Shown here: one piece after another, positions 42,622 to 56,500 of the stretch | How positions within the stretch are numbered: position 1 is the first letter of the stretch | Layout of the letters: each line of letters starts with the position of its first letter | Origin: Eledone cirrhosa | Lineage: Eukaryota | Reading direction: 5' to 3' | Assembly (NCBI GenBank): GCA_964016885.1 | Contig: OZ024758.1 | Coordinates: 34,596,001 to 34,660,000 of the forward strand | DNA: 64,000 bases | The notes under the pieces: generated by a model | Database searches by the model: none | The model's input: only the letters and a program-made list of their open reading frames with translations | Told to the model about the DNA's origin: nothing | Program-made: the position numbers and the translations under genes

Positions 42622-43160
42622 ATGGTATTAGCTGTCAGAAGTAACTCCAATGTTGGTGAGAATTCATTTAAGTTCATGGTATTAGCTGTCAGAAGTCACT
42701 CCACTGTTGGTGAGAATTCATTTAAGTTCATGGTACTAGCTGTCAGAAGTAACCCCAATGTTGGTGAGAATTCATTTAAGTTCATGGTATTAGCTGTCAG
42801 AAGTCACTCCAATGTTGGTGAGAATTCATTTAAGTTCATGGTATTAGCTGTCAGAAGTCACTCCACTGTTGGTGAGAATTCATTTAAGTTCATGGTACTA
42901 GCTGTCAGAAGTAACCCCAATGTTGGTGAGAATTCATTTAAGTTCATGGTATTAGCTGTCAGAAGTCACTCCAATGTTGGTGAGAATTCATTTAAGTTCA
43001 TGGTATTAGCTGTCAGAAGTAACTCCACTGTTGGTGAGAATTCATTTAAGTTCATGGTATTAGCTGTCAGAAGTAACTCCACTGTTGGTGAGAATTCATT
43101 TAAGTTCATGGTATTAGCTGTCAGAAGTAACTCCACTGTTGGTGAGAATTCATTTAAGTC

Positions 43161-44563
43161 ATGGTATTAGCTGTCAGAAGTAACTCCAATGTTGGTGAGA
43201 ATTCATTTAAGTTCATGGTATTAGCTGTCAGAAGTCACTCCACTGTTGGTGAGAATTCATTTAAGTTCATGGTACTAGCTGTCAGAAGTAACCCCAATGT
43301 TGGTGAGAATTCATTTAAGTTCATGGTATTAGCTGTCAGAAGTCACTCCAATGTTGGTGAGAATTCATTTAAGTTCATGGTATTAGCTGTCAGAAGTAAC
43401 TCCACTGTTGGTGAGAATTCATTTAAGTTCATGGTATTAGCTGTCAGAAGTAACTCCACTGTTGGTGAGAATTCATTTAAGTTCATGGTATTAGCTGTAA
43501 GAAGGAACGCCACTGTTGGTGAGAATTCATTTAAGTTCATGGTATTAGCTGTCAGAAGTAACTCCACTGTTGGTGAGAATTCATTTAAGTTCATGGTACT
43601 AGCTGTCAGAAGTAACTCCAATGTTGGTGAGAATTCATTTAAGTTCATGGTATTAGCTGTCAGAAGGAACTCCACTGTTGCTGAGAATTCATTTAAGTTC
43701 ATGGTATTAGCTGTCAGAAGTAACTCCACTGTTGGTGAGAATTCATTTAAGTTCATGGTACTAGCTGTCAGAAGTCACTCCACTGTTGGTGAGAATACAT
43801 TTAAGTTCATGGTACTAGCTGTCAGAAGTAACCCCAATGTTGGTGAGAATTCATTTAAGTTCATGGTATTAGCTGTCAGAAGTCACTCCAATGTTGGTGA
43901 GAATTCATTTAAGTTCATGGTATTAGCTGTCAGAAGTAACTCCACTGTTGGTAAGAATTCATTTAAGTTCATGGTATTAGCTGTCAGAAGTAACTCCACT
44001 GTTGGTGAGAATTCATTTAAGTTCATGGTATTAGCTGTCAGAAGGAACGCCACTGTTGGTGAGAATTCATTTAAGTTCATGGTATTCGCTGTCAGAAGTA
44101 ACTCCACTGTTGGTGAGAATTCATTTAAGTTCATGGTACTAGCTGTCAGAAGTAACTCCACTGTTGGTGAGAATTCATTTAAGTTCATGGTATTAGCTGT
44201 CAGAAATCACTCCAATGTTGGTGAGAATTCATTTAAGTTCATGGTATTAGCTGTCAGAAGTCACTCCACTGTTGGTGAGAATTCATTTAAGTTCATGGTA
44301 CTAGCTGTCAGAAGTAACCCCAATGTTGGTGAGAATTCATTTAAGTTCATGGTATTAGCTGTCAGAAGTCACTCCAATGTTGGTGAGAATTCATTTAAGT
44401 TCATGGTATTAGCTGTCAGAAGTAACTCCACTGTTGGTGAGAATTCATTTAAGTTCATGGTATTAGCTGTCAGAAGTAACTCCACTGTTGGTGAGAATTC
44501 ATTTAAGTTCATTCTATTAGCTGTCAGAAGTAACTCCACTGTTGGTGAGAATTCATTTAAGTC
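43161..44563. repeat. 26-monomer higher-order repeat copy (1403 bp)
   Basis: Same variant order; paralog of 26766..28168 at offset 16395. Confidence 0.9.
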
Positions 44564-47500
44564 ATGGTATTAGCTGTCAGAAGTAACTCCAATGTTGGTG
44601 AGAATTCATTTAAGTTCATGGTATTAGCTGTCAGAAGTCACTCCACTGTTGGTGAGAATTCATTTAAGTTCATGGTACTAGCTGTCAGAAGTAACCCCAA
44701 TGTTGGTGAGAATTCATTTAAGTTCATGGTATTAGCTGTCAGAAGTCACTCCAATGTTGGTGAGAATTCATTTAAGTTCATGGTATTAGCTGTCAGAAGT
44801 AACTCCACTGTTGGTGAGAATTCATTTAAGTTCATGGTATTAGCTGTCAGAAGTAACTCCACTGTTGGTGAGAATTCATTTAAGTTCATGGTATTAGCTG
44901 TCAGAAGTAACTCCACTGTTGGTGAGAATTCATTTAAGTTCATGGTATTAGCTGTCAGAAGGAACTCCAATGTTGGTGAGAATTCATTTAAGTCATGGTA
45001 CTAGCTGTCAGAAGTAACTCCACTGTTGGTGAGAATTCATTTAAGTTCATGGTATTAGCTGTCAGAAGGAACGCCACTGTTGGTGAGAATTCATTTAAAT
45101 TCATGGTATTAGCTGTCAGAAGTAACTCCACTGTTGGTGAGAATTCATTTAAGTTCATGGTACTAGCTGTCAGAAGTAACTCCAATGTTGGTGAGAATTC
45201 ATTTAAATTCATGGTATTAGCTGTCAGAAGTAACTCCACTGTTGGTGAGAATTCATTTAAGTTCATGGTATTAGCTGTCAGAAGTAACTCCACTGTTGGT
45301 GAGAATTCATTTAAGTTCATGGTATTAGCTGTCAGAAGTCACTCCAATGTTGGTGAGAATTCATTTAAGTCATGGTACTAGCTGTCAGAAGTAACTCCAC
45401 TGTTGGTGAGAATTCATTTAAGTTCATGGTATTAGCTGTCAGAAGTAACTCCACTGTTGGTGAGAATTCATTTAAGTTCATGGTACTAGCTGTCAGAAGT
45501 AACTCCAATGTTGGTGAGAATTCATTTAAGTTCATGGTATTAGCTGTCAGAAGGAACTCCACTGTTGCTGAGAATTCATTTAAGTTCATGGTATTAGCTG
45601 TCAGAAGTAACTCCACTGTTGGTGAGAATTCATTTAAGTTCATGGTACTAGCTGTCAGAAGTCACTCCACTGTTGGTGAGAATACATTTAAGTTCATGGT
45701 ACTAGCTGTCAGAAGTAACCCCAATGTTGGTGAGAATTCATTTAAGTTCATGGTATTAGCTGTCAGAAGTCACTCCAATGTTGGTGAGAATTCATTTAAG
45801 TTCATGGTATTAGCTGTCAGAAGTAACTCCACTGTTGGTAAGAATTCATTTAAGTTCATGGTATTAGCTGTCAGAAGTAACTCCACTGTTGGTGAGAATT
45901 CATTTAAGTTCATGGTATTAGCTGTCAGAAGGAACGCCACTGTTGGTGAGAATTTATTTAAGTTCATGGTATTAGCTGTCAGAAGTAACTCCACTGTTGG
46001 TGAGAATTCATTTAAGTTCATGGTACTAGCTGTCAGAAGTAACTCCACTGTTGGTGAGAATTCATTTAAGTTCATGGTATTAGCTGTCAGAAGTCACTCC
46101 AATGTTGGTGAGAATTCATTTAAGTTCATGGTATTAGCTGTCAGAAGTCACTCCACTGTTGGTGAGAATTCATTTAAGTTCATGGTACTAGCTGTCAGAA
46201 GTAACCCCAATGTTGGTGAGAATTCATTTAAGTTCATGGTATTAGCTGTCAGAAGTCACTCCAATGTTGGTGAGAATTCATTTAAGTTCATGGTATTAGC
46301 TGTCAGAAGTAACTCCACTGTTGGTGAGAATTCATTTAAGTTCATGGTATTAGCTGTCAGAAGTAACTCCACTGTTGGTGAGAATTCATTTAAGTTCATG
46401 GTATTAGCTGTCAGAAGTAACTCCACTGTTGGTGAGAATTCATTTAAGTCATGGTATTAGCTGTCAGAAGTAACTCCAATGTTGGTGAGAATTCATTTAA
46501 GTTCATGGTATTAGCTGTCAGAAGTCACTCCACAGTTGGTGAGAATTCATTTAAGTTCATGGTACTAGCTGTCAGAAGTAACCCCAATGTTGGTGAGAAT
46601 TCATTTAAGTTCATGGTATTAGCTGTCAGAAGTCACTCCAATGTTGGTGAGAATTCATTTAAGTTCATGGTATTAGCTGTCAGAAGTAACTCCACTGTTG
46701 GTGAGAATTCATTTAAGTTCATGGTATTAGCTGTCAGAAGTAACTCCACTGTTGGTGAGAATTCATTTAAGTTCATGGTATTAGCTGTCAGAAGTAACTC
46801 CACTGTTGGTGAGAATTCATTTAAGTTCATGGTATTAGCTGTCAGAAGGAACTCCAATGTTGGTGAGAATTCATTTAAGTCATGGTACTAGCTGTCAGAA
46901 GTAACTCCACTGTTGGTGAGAATTCATTTAAGTTCATGGTATTAGCTGTCAGAAGGAACGCCACTGTTGGTGAGAATTCATTTAAATTCATGGTATTAGC
47001 TGTCAGAAGTAACTCCACTGTTGGTGAGCATTCATTTAAGTTCATGGTACTAGCTGTCAGAAGTAACTCCAATGTTGGTGAGAATTCATTTAAGTTCATG
47101 GTATTAGCTGTCAGAAGTCACTCCACTGTTGGCGAGAATTCATTTAAGTACATGGTATTAGCTGTCAGAAGTCACTCCAATGTTGGTGAGAATTCATTTG
47201 AGTCATGGTACTAGCTGTCAGAAGTAACTCCACTGTTGGTGAGAATTCATTTAAGTTCATTGTATTAGCTGTCAGAAGGAACGCCACTGTTGGTGAGAAT
47301 TCATTTAAGTTCATGGTATTAGCTGTCAGAAGTAACTCCACTGTTGGTGAGAATTCATTTAAGTTCATGGTACTAGCTGTCAGAAGTAACTCCAATGTTG
47401 GTGAGAATTCATTTAAGTTCATGGTATTAGCTGTCAGAAGGAACTCCACTGTTGCTGAGAATTCATTTAAGTTCATGGTATTAGCTGTCAGAAGTAACTC

Positions 47501-50500
47501 CACTGTTGGTGAGAATTCATTTAAGTTCATAGTACTAGCTGTCAGAAGTCACTCCACTGTTGGTGAGAATACATTTAAGTTCATGGTACTAGCTGTCAGA
47601 AGTAACCCCAATGTTGGTGAGAATTCATTTAAGTTCATGGTATTAGCTGTCAGAAGTAACTCCACTGTTGGTGAGAATTCATTTAAGTTCATGGTACTAG
47701 CTGTCAGAAGTAACTCCAATGTTTGTGAGAATTCATTTAAGTTCATGGTATTAGCTGTCAGAAGGAACTCCACTGTTGCTGAGAATTCATTTAAGTTCAT
47801 GGTATTAGCTGTCAGAAGTAACTCCACTGTTGGTGAGAATTCATTTAAGTTCATGGTACTAGCTGTCAGAAGTCACTCCACTGTTGGTGAGAATACATTT
47901 AAGTTCATGGTACTAGCTGTCAGAAGTAACCCCAATGTTGGTGAGAATTCATTTAAGTTCATGGTATTAGCTGTCAGAAGTCACTCCAATGTTGGTGAGA
48001 ATTCATTTAAGTTCATGGTATTAGCTGTCAGAAGTAACTCCACTGTTGGTGAGAATTCATTTAAGTTCATGGTACTAGCTGTCAGAAGTAACTCCACTGT
48101 TGGTGAGAATTCATTTAAGTTCATGGTATTAGCTGTCAGAAGTCACTCCAATGTTGGTGAGAATTCATTTAAGTTCATGGTATTAGCTGTCAGAAGTCAC
48201 TCCACTGTTGGTGAGAATTCATTTAAGTTCATGGTACTAGCTGTCAGAAGTAACCCCAATGTTGGTGAGAATTCATTTAAGTTCATGGTATTAGCTGTCA
48301 GAAGTCACTCCAATGTTGGTGAGAATTCATTTAAGTTCATGGTATTAGCTGTCAGAAGTAACTCCACTGTTGGTGAGAATTCATTTAAGTTCATGGTATT
48401 AGCTGTCAGAAGTAACTCCACTGTTGGTGAGAATTCATTTAAGTTCATGGTATTAGCTGTCAGAAGTAACTCCACTGTTGGTGAGAATTCATTTAAGTCA
48501 TGGTATTAGCTGTCAGAAGTAACTCCAATGTTGGTGAGAATTCATTTAAGTTCATGGTATTAGCTGTCAGAAGTCACTCCACTGTTGGTGAGAATTCATT
48601 TAAGTTCATGGTACTAGCTGTCAGAAGTAACCCCAATGTTGGTGAGAATTCATTTAAGTTCATGGTATTAGCTGTCAGAAGTCACTCCAATGTTGGTGAG
48701 AATTCATTTAAGTTCATGGTATTAGCTGTCAGAAGTAACTCCACTGTTGGTGAGAATTCATTTAAGTTCATGGTATTAGCTGTCAGAAGTAACTCCACTG
48801 TTGGTGAGAATTCATTTAAGTTCATGGTATTAGCTGTCAGAAGTAACTCCACTGTTGGTGAGAATTCATTTAAGTTCATGGTATTAGCTGTCAGAAGGAA
48901 CTCCAATGTTGGTGAGAATTCATTTAAGTCATGGTACTAGCTGTCAGAAGTAACTCCACTGTTGGTGAGAATTCATTTAAGTTCATGGTATTAGCTGTCA
49001 GAAGGAACGCCACTGTTGGTGAGAATTCATTTAAATTCATGGTATTAGCTGTCAGAAGTAACTCCACTGTTGGTGAGAATTCATTTAAGTTCATGGTACT
49101 AGCTGTCAGAAGTAACTCCAATGTTGGTGAGAATTCATTTAAGTTCATGGTATTAGCTGTCAGAAGTAACTCCACTGTTGGTGAGAATTCATTTAAGTTC
49201 ATGGTATTAGCTGTCAGAAGTCACTCCAATGTTGGTGAGAATTCATTTAAGTCATGGTACTAGCTGTCAGAAGTAACTCCACTGTTGGTGAGAATTCATT
49301 TAAGTTCATTGTATTAGCTGTCAGAAGGAACGCCACTGTTGGTGAGAATTCATTTAAGTTCATGGTATTAGCTGTCAGAAGTAACTCCACTGTTGGTGAG
49401 AATTCATTTAAGTTCATGGTACTAGCTGTCAGAAGTAACTCCAATGTTGGTGAGAATTCATTTAAGTTCATGGTATTAGCTGTCAGAAGGAACTCCACTG
49501 TTGCTGAGAATTCATTTAAGTTCATGGTATTAGCTGTCAGAAGTAACTCCACTGTTGGTGAGAATTCATTTAAGTTCATGGTACTAGCTGTCAGAAGTCA
49601 CTCCACTGTTGGTGAGAATACATTTAAGTTCATGGTACTAGCTGTCAGAAGTAACCCCAATGTTGGTGAGAATTCATTTAAGTTCATGGTATTAGCTGTC
49701 AGAAGTCACTCCAATGTTGGTGAGAATTCATTTAAGTTCATGGTATTAGCTGTCAGAAGCCACTCCACTGTTGGTGAGAATTCATTTAAGTTCATGGTAC
49801 TAGCTGTCAGAAGTAACCCCAATGTTGGTGAGAATTCATTTAAGTTCATGGTATTAGCTGTCAGAAGTCACTCCAATGTTGGTGAGAATTCATTTAAGTT
49901 CATGGTATTAGCTGTCAGAAGTAACTCCACTGTTGGTGAGAATTCATTTAAGTTCATGGTATTAGCTGTCAGAAGTAACTCCACTGTTGGTGAGAATTCA
50001 TTTAAGTTCATGGTATTAGCTGTCAGAAGTAACTCCACTGTTGGTGAGAATTCATTTAAGTCATGGTATTAGCTGTCAGAAGTAACTCCAATGTTGGTGA
50101 GAATTCATTTAAGTTCATGGTATTAGCTGTCAGAAGTCACTCCACTGTTGGTGAGAATTCATTTAAGTTCATGGTACTAGCTGTCAGAAGTAACCCCAAT
50201 GTTGGTGAGAATTCATTTAAGTTCATGGTATTAGCTGTCAGAAGTCACTCCAATGTTGGTGAGAATTCATTTAAGTTCATGGTATTAGCTGTCAGAAGTA
50301 ACTCCACTGTTGGTGAGAATTCATTTAAGTTCATGGTATTAGCTGTCAGAAGTAACTCCACTGTTGGTGAGAATTCATTTAAGTTCATGGTATTAGCTGT
50401 CAGAAGTAACTCCACTGTTGGTGAGAATTCATTTAAGTTCATGGTATTAGCTGTCAGAAGGAACTCCAATGTTGGTGAGAATTCATTTAAGTCATGGTAC

Positions 50501-53500
50501 TAGCTGTCAGAAGTAACTCCACTGTTGGTGAGAATTCATTTAAGTTCATGGTATTAGCTGTCAGAAGGAACGCCACTGTTGGTGAGAATTCATTTAAATT
50601 CATGGTATTAGCTGTCAGAAGTAACTCCACTGTTGGTGAGAATTCATTTAAGTTCATGGTACTAGCTGTCAGAAGTAACTCCAATGTTGGTGAGAATTCA
50701 TTTAAGTTCATGGTATTAGCTGTCAGAAGTAACTCCACTGTTGGTGAGAATTCATTTAAGTTCATGGTATTAGCTGTCAGAAGTCACTCCAATGTTGGTG
50801 AGAATTCATTTAAGTCATGGTACTAGCTGTCAGAAGTAACTCCACTGTTGGTGAGAATTCATTTAAGTTCATTGTATTAGCTGTCAGAAGGAACGCCACT
50901 GTTGGTGAGAATTCATTTAAGTTCATGGTATTAGCTGTCAGAAGTAACTCCACTGTTGGTGAGAATTCATTTAAATTCATGGTACTAGCTGTCAGAAGTA
51001 ACTCCAATGTTGGTGAGAATTCATTTAAGTTCATGGTATTAGCTGTCAGAAGGAACTCCACTGTTGCTGAGAATTCATTTAAGTTCATGGTATTAGCTGT
51101 CAGAAGTAACTCCACTGTTGGTGAGAATTCATTTAAGTTCATGGTACTAGCTGTCAGAAGTCACTCCACTGTTGGTGAGAATACATTTAAGTTCATGGTA
51201 CTAGCTGTCAGAAGTAACCCCAATGTTGGTGAGAATTCATTTAAGTTCATGGTATTAGCTGTCAGAAGTCACTCCAATGTTGGTGAGAATTCATTTAAGT
51301 TCATGGTATTAGCTGTCAGAAGTAACTCCACTGTTGGTGAGAATTCATTTAAGTTCATGGTACTAGCTGTCAGAAGTAACTCCACTGTTGGTGAGAATTC
51401 ATTTAAGTTCATGGTATTAGCTGTCAGAAGTCACTCCAATGTTGGTGAGAATTCATTTAAGTTCATGGTATTAGCTGTCAGAAGTCACTCCACTGTTGGT
51501 GAGAATTCATTTAAGTTCATGGTACTAGCTGTCAGAAGTAACCCCAATGTTGGTGAGAATTCATTTAAGTTCATGGTATTAGCTGTCAGAAGTCACTCCA
51601 ATGTTGGTGAGAATTCATTTAAGTTCATGGTATTAGCTGTCAGAAGTAACTCCACTGTTGGTGAGAATTCATTTAAGTTCATGGTATTAGCTGTCAGAAG
51701 TAACTCCACTGTTGGTGAGAATTCATTTAAGTTCATGGTATTAGCTGTCAGAAGTAACTCCACTGTTGGTGAGAATTCATTTAAGTCATGGTATTAGCTG
51801 TCAGAAGTAACTCCAATGTTGGTGAGAATTCATTTAAGTTCATGGTATTAGCTGTCAGAAGTCACTCCACTGTTGGTGAGAATTCATTTAAGTTCATGGT
51901 ACTAGCTGTCAGAAGTAACCCCAATGTTGGTGAGAATTCATTTAAGTTCATGGTATTAGCTGTCAGAAGTCACTCCAATGTTGGTGAGAATTCATTTAAG
52001 TTCATGGTATTAGCTGTCAGAAGTAACTCCACTGTTGGTGAGAATTCATTTAAGTTCATGGTATTAGCTGTCAGAAGTAACTCCACTGTTGGTGAGAATT
52101 CATTTAAGTTCATGGTATTAGCTGTCAGAAGTAACTCCACTGTTGGTGAGAATTCATTTAAGTTCATGGTATTAGCTGTCAGAAGGAACTCCAATGTTGG
52201 TGAGAATTCATTTAAGTCATGGTACTAGCTGTCAGAAGTAACTCCACTGTTGGTGAGAATTCATTTAAGTTCATGGTATTAGCTGTCAGAAGGAACGCCA
52301 CTGTTGGTGAGAATTCATTTAAATTCATGGTATTAGCTGTCAGAAATAACTCCACTGTTGGTGAGAATTCATTTAAGTTCATGGTACTAGCTGTCAGAAG
52401 TAACTCCAATGTTGGTGAGAATTCATTTAAGTTCATGGTATTAGCTGTCAGAAGTAACTCCACTGTTGGTGAGAATTCATTTAAGTTCATGGTATTAGCT
52501 GTCAGAAGTCACTCCAATGTTGGTGAGAATTCATTTAAGTCATGGTACTAGCTGTCAGAAGTAACTCCACTGTTGGTGAGAATTCATTTAAGTTCATTGT
52601 AATAGCTGTCAGAAGGAACGCCACTGTTGGTGAGAATTCATTTAAGTTCATGGTATTAGCTGTCAGAAGTAACTCCACTGTTGGTGAGAATTCATTTAAG
52701 TTCATGGTACTAGCTGTCAGAAGTAACTCCAATGTTGGTGAGAATTCATTTAAGTTCATGGTATTAGCTGTCAGAAGGAACTCCACTGTTGCTGAGAATT
52801 CATTTAAGTTCATGGTATTAGCTGTCAGAAGTAACTCCACTGTTGGTGAGAATTCATTTAAGTTCATGGTACTAGCTGTCTGAAGTCACTCCACTGTTGG
52901 TGAGAATACATTTAAGTTCATGGTACTAGCTGTCAGAAGTAACCCCAATGTTGGTGAGAATTCATTTAAGTTCATGGTATTAGCTGTCAGAAGTCACTCC
53001 AATGTTGGTGAGAATTCATTTAAGTTCATGGTATTAGCTGTCAGAAGTCACTCCACTGTTGGTGAGAATTCATTTAAGTTCATGGTACTAGCTGTCAGAA
53101 GTAACCCCAATGTTGGTGAGAATTCATTTAAGTTCATGGTATTAGCTGTCAGAAGTCACTCCAATGTTGGTGAGAATTCATTTAAGTTCATGGTATTAGC
53201 TGTCAGAAGTAACTCCACTGTTGGTGAGAATTCATTTAAGTTCATGGTATTAGCTGTCAGAAGTAACTCCACTGTTGGTGAGAATTCATTTAAGTTCATG
53301 GTATTAGCTGTCAGAAGTAACTCCACTGTTGGTGAGAATTCATTTAAGTCATGGTATTAGCTGTCAGAAGTAACTCCAATGTTGGTGAGAATTCATTTAA
53401 GTTCATGGTATTAGCTGTCAGAAGTCACTCCACTGTTGGTGAGAATTCATTTAAGTTCATGGTACTAGCTGTCAGAAGTAACCCCAATGTTGGTGAGAAT

Positions 53501-56500
53501 TCATTTAAGTTCATGGTATTAGCTGTCAGAAGTCACTCCAATGTTGGTGAGAATTCATTTAAGTTCATGGTATTAGCTGTCAGAAGTAACTCCACTGTTG
53601 GTGAGAATTCATTTAAGTTCATGGTATTAGCTGTCAGAAGTAACTCCACTGTTGGTGAGAATTCATTTAAGTTCATGGTATTAGCTGTCAGAAGTAACTC
53701 CACTGTTGGTGAGAATTCATTTAAGTTCATGGTATTAGCTGTCAGAAGGAACTCCAATGTTGGTGAGAATTCATTTAAGTCATGGTACTAGCTGTCAGAA
53801 GTAACTCCACTGTTGGTGAGAATTCATTTAAGTTCATGGTATTAGCTGTCAGAAGTAACTCCACTGTTGGTGAGAATTCATTTAAGTTCATGGTACTAGC
53901 TGTCAGAAGTCACTCCACTGTTGGTGAGAATACATTTAAGTTCATGGTACTAGCTGTCAGAAGTAACCCCAATGTTGGTGAGAATTCATTTAAGTTCATG
54001 GTATTAGCTGTCAGAAGGAACGCCACTGTTGGTGAGAATTCATTTAAGTTCATGGTATTAGCTGTCAGAAGTAACTCCACTGTTGGTGAGAATTCATTTA
54101 AGTTCATGGTACTAGCTGTCAGAAGTAACTCCACTGTTGGTGAGAATTCATTTAAGTTTATGGTATTAGCTGTCAGAAGTAACTCCACTGTTGGTAAGAA
54201 TTCATTTAAGTTCATGGTATTAGCTGTCAGAAGTAACTCCACTGTTGGTGAGAATTCATTTAAGTTCATGGTATTAGCTGTCAGAAGGAACGCCACTGTT
54301 GGTGAGAATTCATTTAAGTTCATGGTATTAGCTGTCAGAAGTAACTCCACTGTTGGTGAGAATTCATTTAAGTTCATGGTACTAGCTGTCAGAAGTAACT
54401 CCACTGTTGGTGAGAATTCATTTAAGTTCATGGTATTAGCTGTCAGAAGTCACTCCAATGTTGGTGAGAATTCATTTAAGTTCATGGTATTAGCTGTCAG
54501 AAGTAACTCCACTGTTGGTGAGAATTCATTTAAGTTCATGGTATTAGCTGTCAGAAGTAACTCCACTGTTGGTGAGAATTCATTTAAGTTCATGGTATTA
54601 GCTGTCAGAAGTAACTCCACTGTTGGTGAGAATTCATTTAAGTTCATGGTATTAGCTGTCAGAAGTAACTCCACTGTTGGTGAGAATTCATTTAAGTTCA
54701 TGGTACTAGCTGTCAGAAGTAACTCCAATGTTGGTGAGAATTCATTTAAGTTCATGGTATTAGCTGTCAGAAGGAACTCCACTGTTGCTGAGAATTCATT
54801 TAAGTTCATGGTATTAGCTGTCAGAAGTAACTCCACTGTTGGTGAGAATTCATTTAAGTTCATGGTACTAGCTGTCAGAAGTCACTCCACTGTTGGTGAG
54901 AATACATTTAAGTTCATGGTACTAGCTGTCAGAAGTAACCCCAATGTTGGTGAGAATTCATTTAAGTTCATGGTATTAGCTGTCAGAAGTCACTCCAATG
55001 TTGGTGAGAATTCATTTAAATTCATGGTATTAGCTGTCAGAAGTAACTCCACTGTTGGTAATAATTCATTTAAGTTCATGGTATTAGCTGTCAGAAGTAA
55101 CTCCACTGTTGGTGAGAATTCATTTAAGTTCATGGTATTAGCTGTCAGAAGGAACGCCACTGTTGGTGAGAATTCATTTAAGTTCATGGTATTAGCTGTC
55201 AGAAGTAACTCCACTGTTGGTGAGAATTCATTTAAGTTCATGGTACTAGCTGTCAGAAGTAACTCCACTGTTGGTGAGAATTCATTTAAGTTCATGGTAT
55301 TAGCTGTCAGAAGTCACTCCAATGTTGGTGAGAATTCATTTAAGTTCATGGTATTAGCTGTCAGAAGTCACTCCACTGTTGGTGAGAATTCATTTAAGTT
55401 CATGGTACTAGCTGTCAGAAGTAACCCCAATGTTGTTGAGAATTCATTTAAGTTCATGGTATTAGCTGTCAGAAGTCACTCCAATGTTGGTGAGAATTCA
55501 TTTAAGTTCATGGTATTAGCTGTCAGAAGTAACTCCACTGTTGGTGAGAATTCATTTAAGTTCATGGTATTAGCTGTCAGAAGTAACTCCACTGTTGGTG
55601 AGAATTCATTTAAGTTCATGGTATTAGCTGTCAGAAGTAACTCCACTGTTGGTGAGAATTCATTTAAGTCATGGTATTAGCTGTCAGAAGTAACTCCAAT
55701 GTTGGTGAGAATTCATTTAAGTTCATGGTATTAGCTGTCAGAAGTCACTCCACTGTTGGTGAGAATTCATTTAAGTTCATGGTACTAGCTGTCAGAAGTA
55801 ACCCCAATGTTGGTGAGAATTCATTTAAGTTCATGGTATTAGCTGTCAGAAGTCACTCCAATGTTGGTGAGAATTCATTTAAGTTCATGGTATTAGCTGT
55901 CAGAAGTAACTCCACTGTTGGTGAGAATTCATTTAAGTTCATGGTATTAGCTGTCAGAAGTAACTCCACTGTTGGTGAGAATTCATTTAAGTTCATGGTA
56001 TTAGCTGTCAGAAGTAACTCCACTGTTGGTGAGAATTCATTTAAGTTCATGGTATTAGCTGTCAGAAGGAACTCCAATGTTGGTGAGAATTCATTTAAGT
56101 CATGGTACTAGCTGTCAGAAGTAACTCCACTGTTGGTGAGAATTCATTTAAGTTCATGGTATTAGCTGTCAGAAGGAACGCCACTGTTGGTGAGAATTCA
56201 TTTAAATTCATGGTATTAGCTGTCAGAAGTAACTCCACTGTTGGTGAGAATTCATTTAAGTTCATGGTACTAGCTGTCAGAAGTAACTCCAATGTTGGTG
56301 AGAATTCATTTAAGTTCATGGTATTAGCTGTCAGAAGTAACTCCACTGTTGGCGAGAATTCATTTAAGTTCATGGTATTAGCTGTCAGAAGTCACTCCAA
56401 TGTTGGTGAGAATTCATTTGAGTCATGGTACTAGCTGTCAGAAGTAACTCCACTGTTGGTGAGAATTCATTTAAGTTCATTGTATTAGCTGTCAGAAGGA

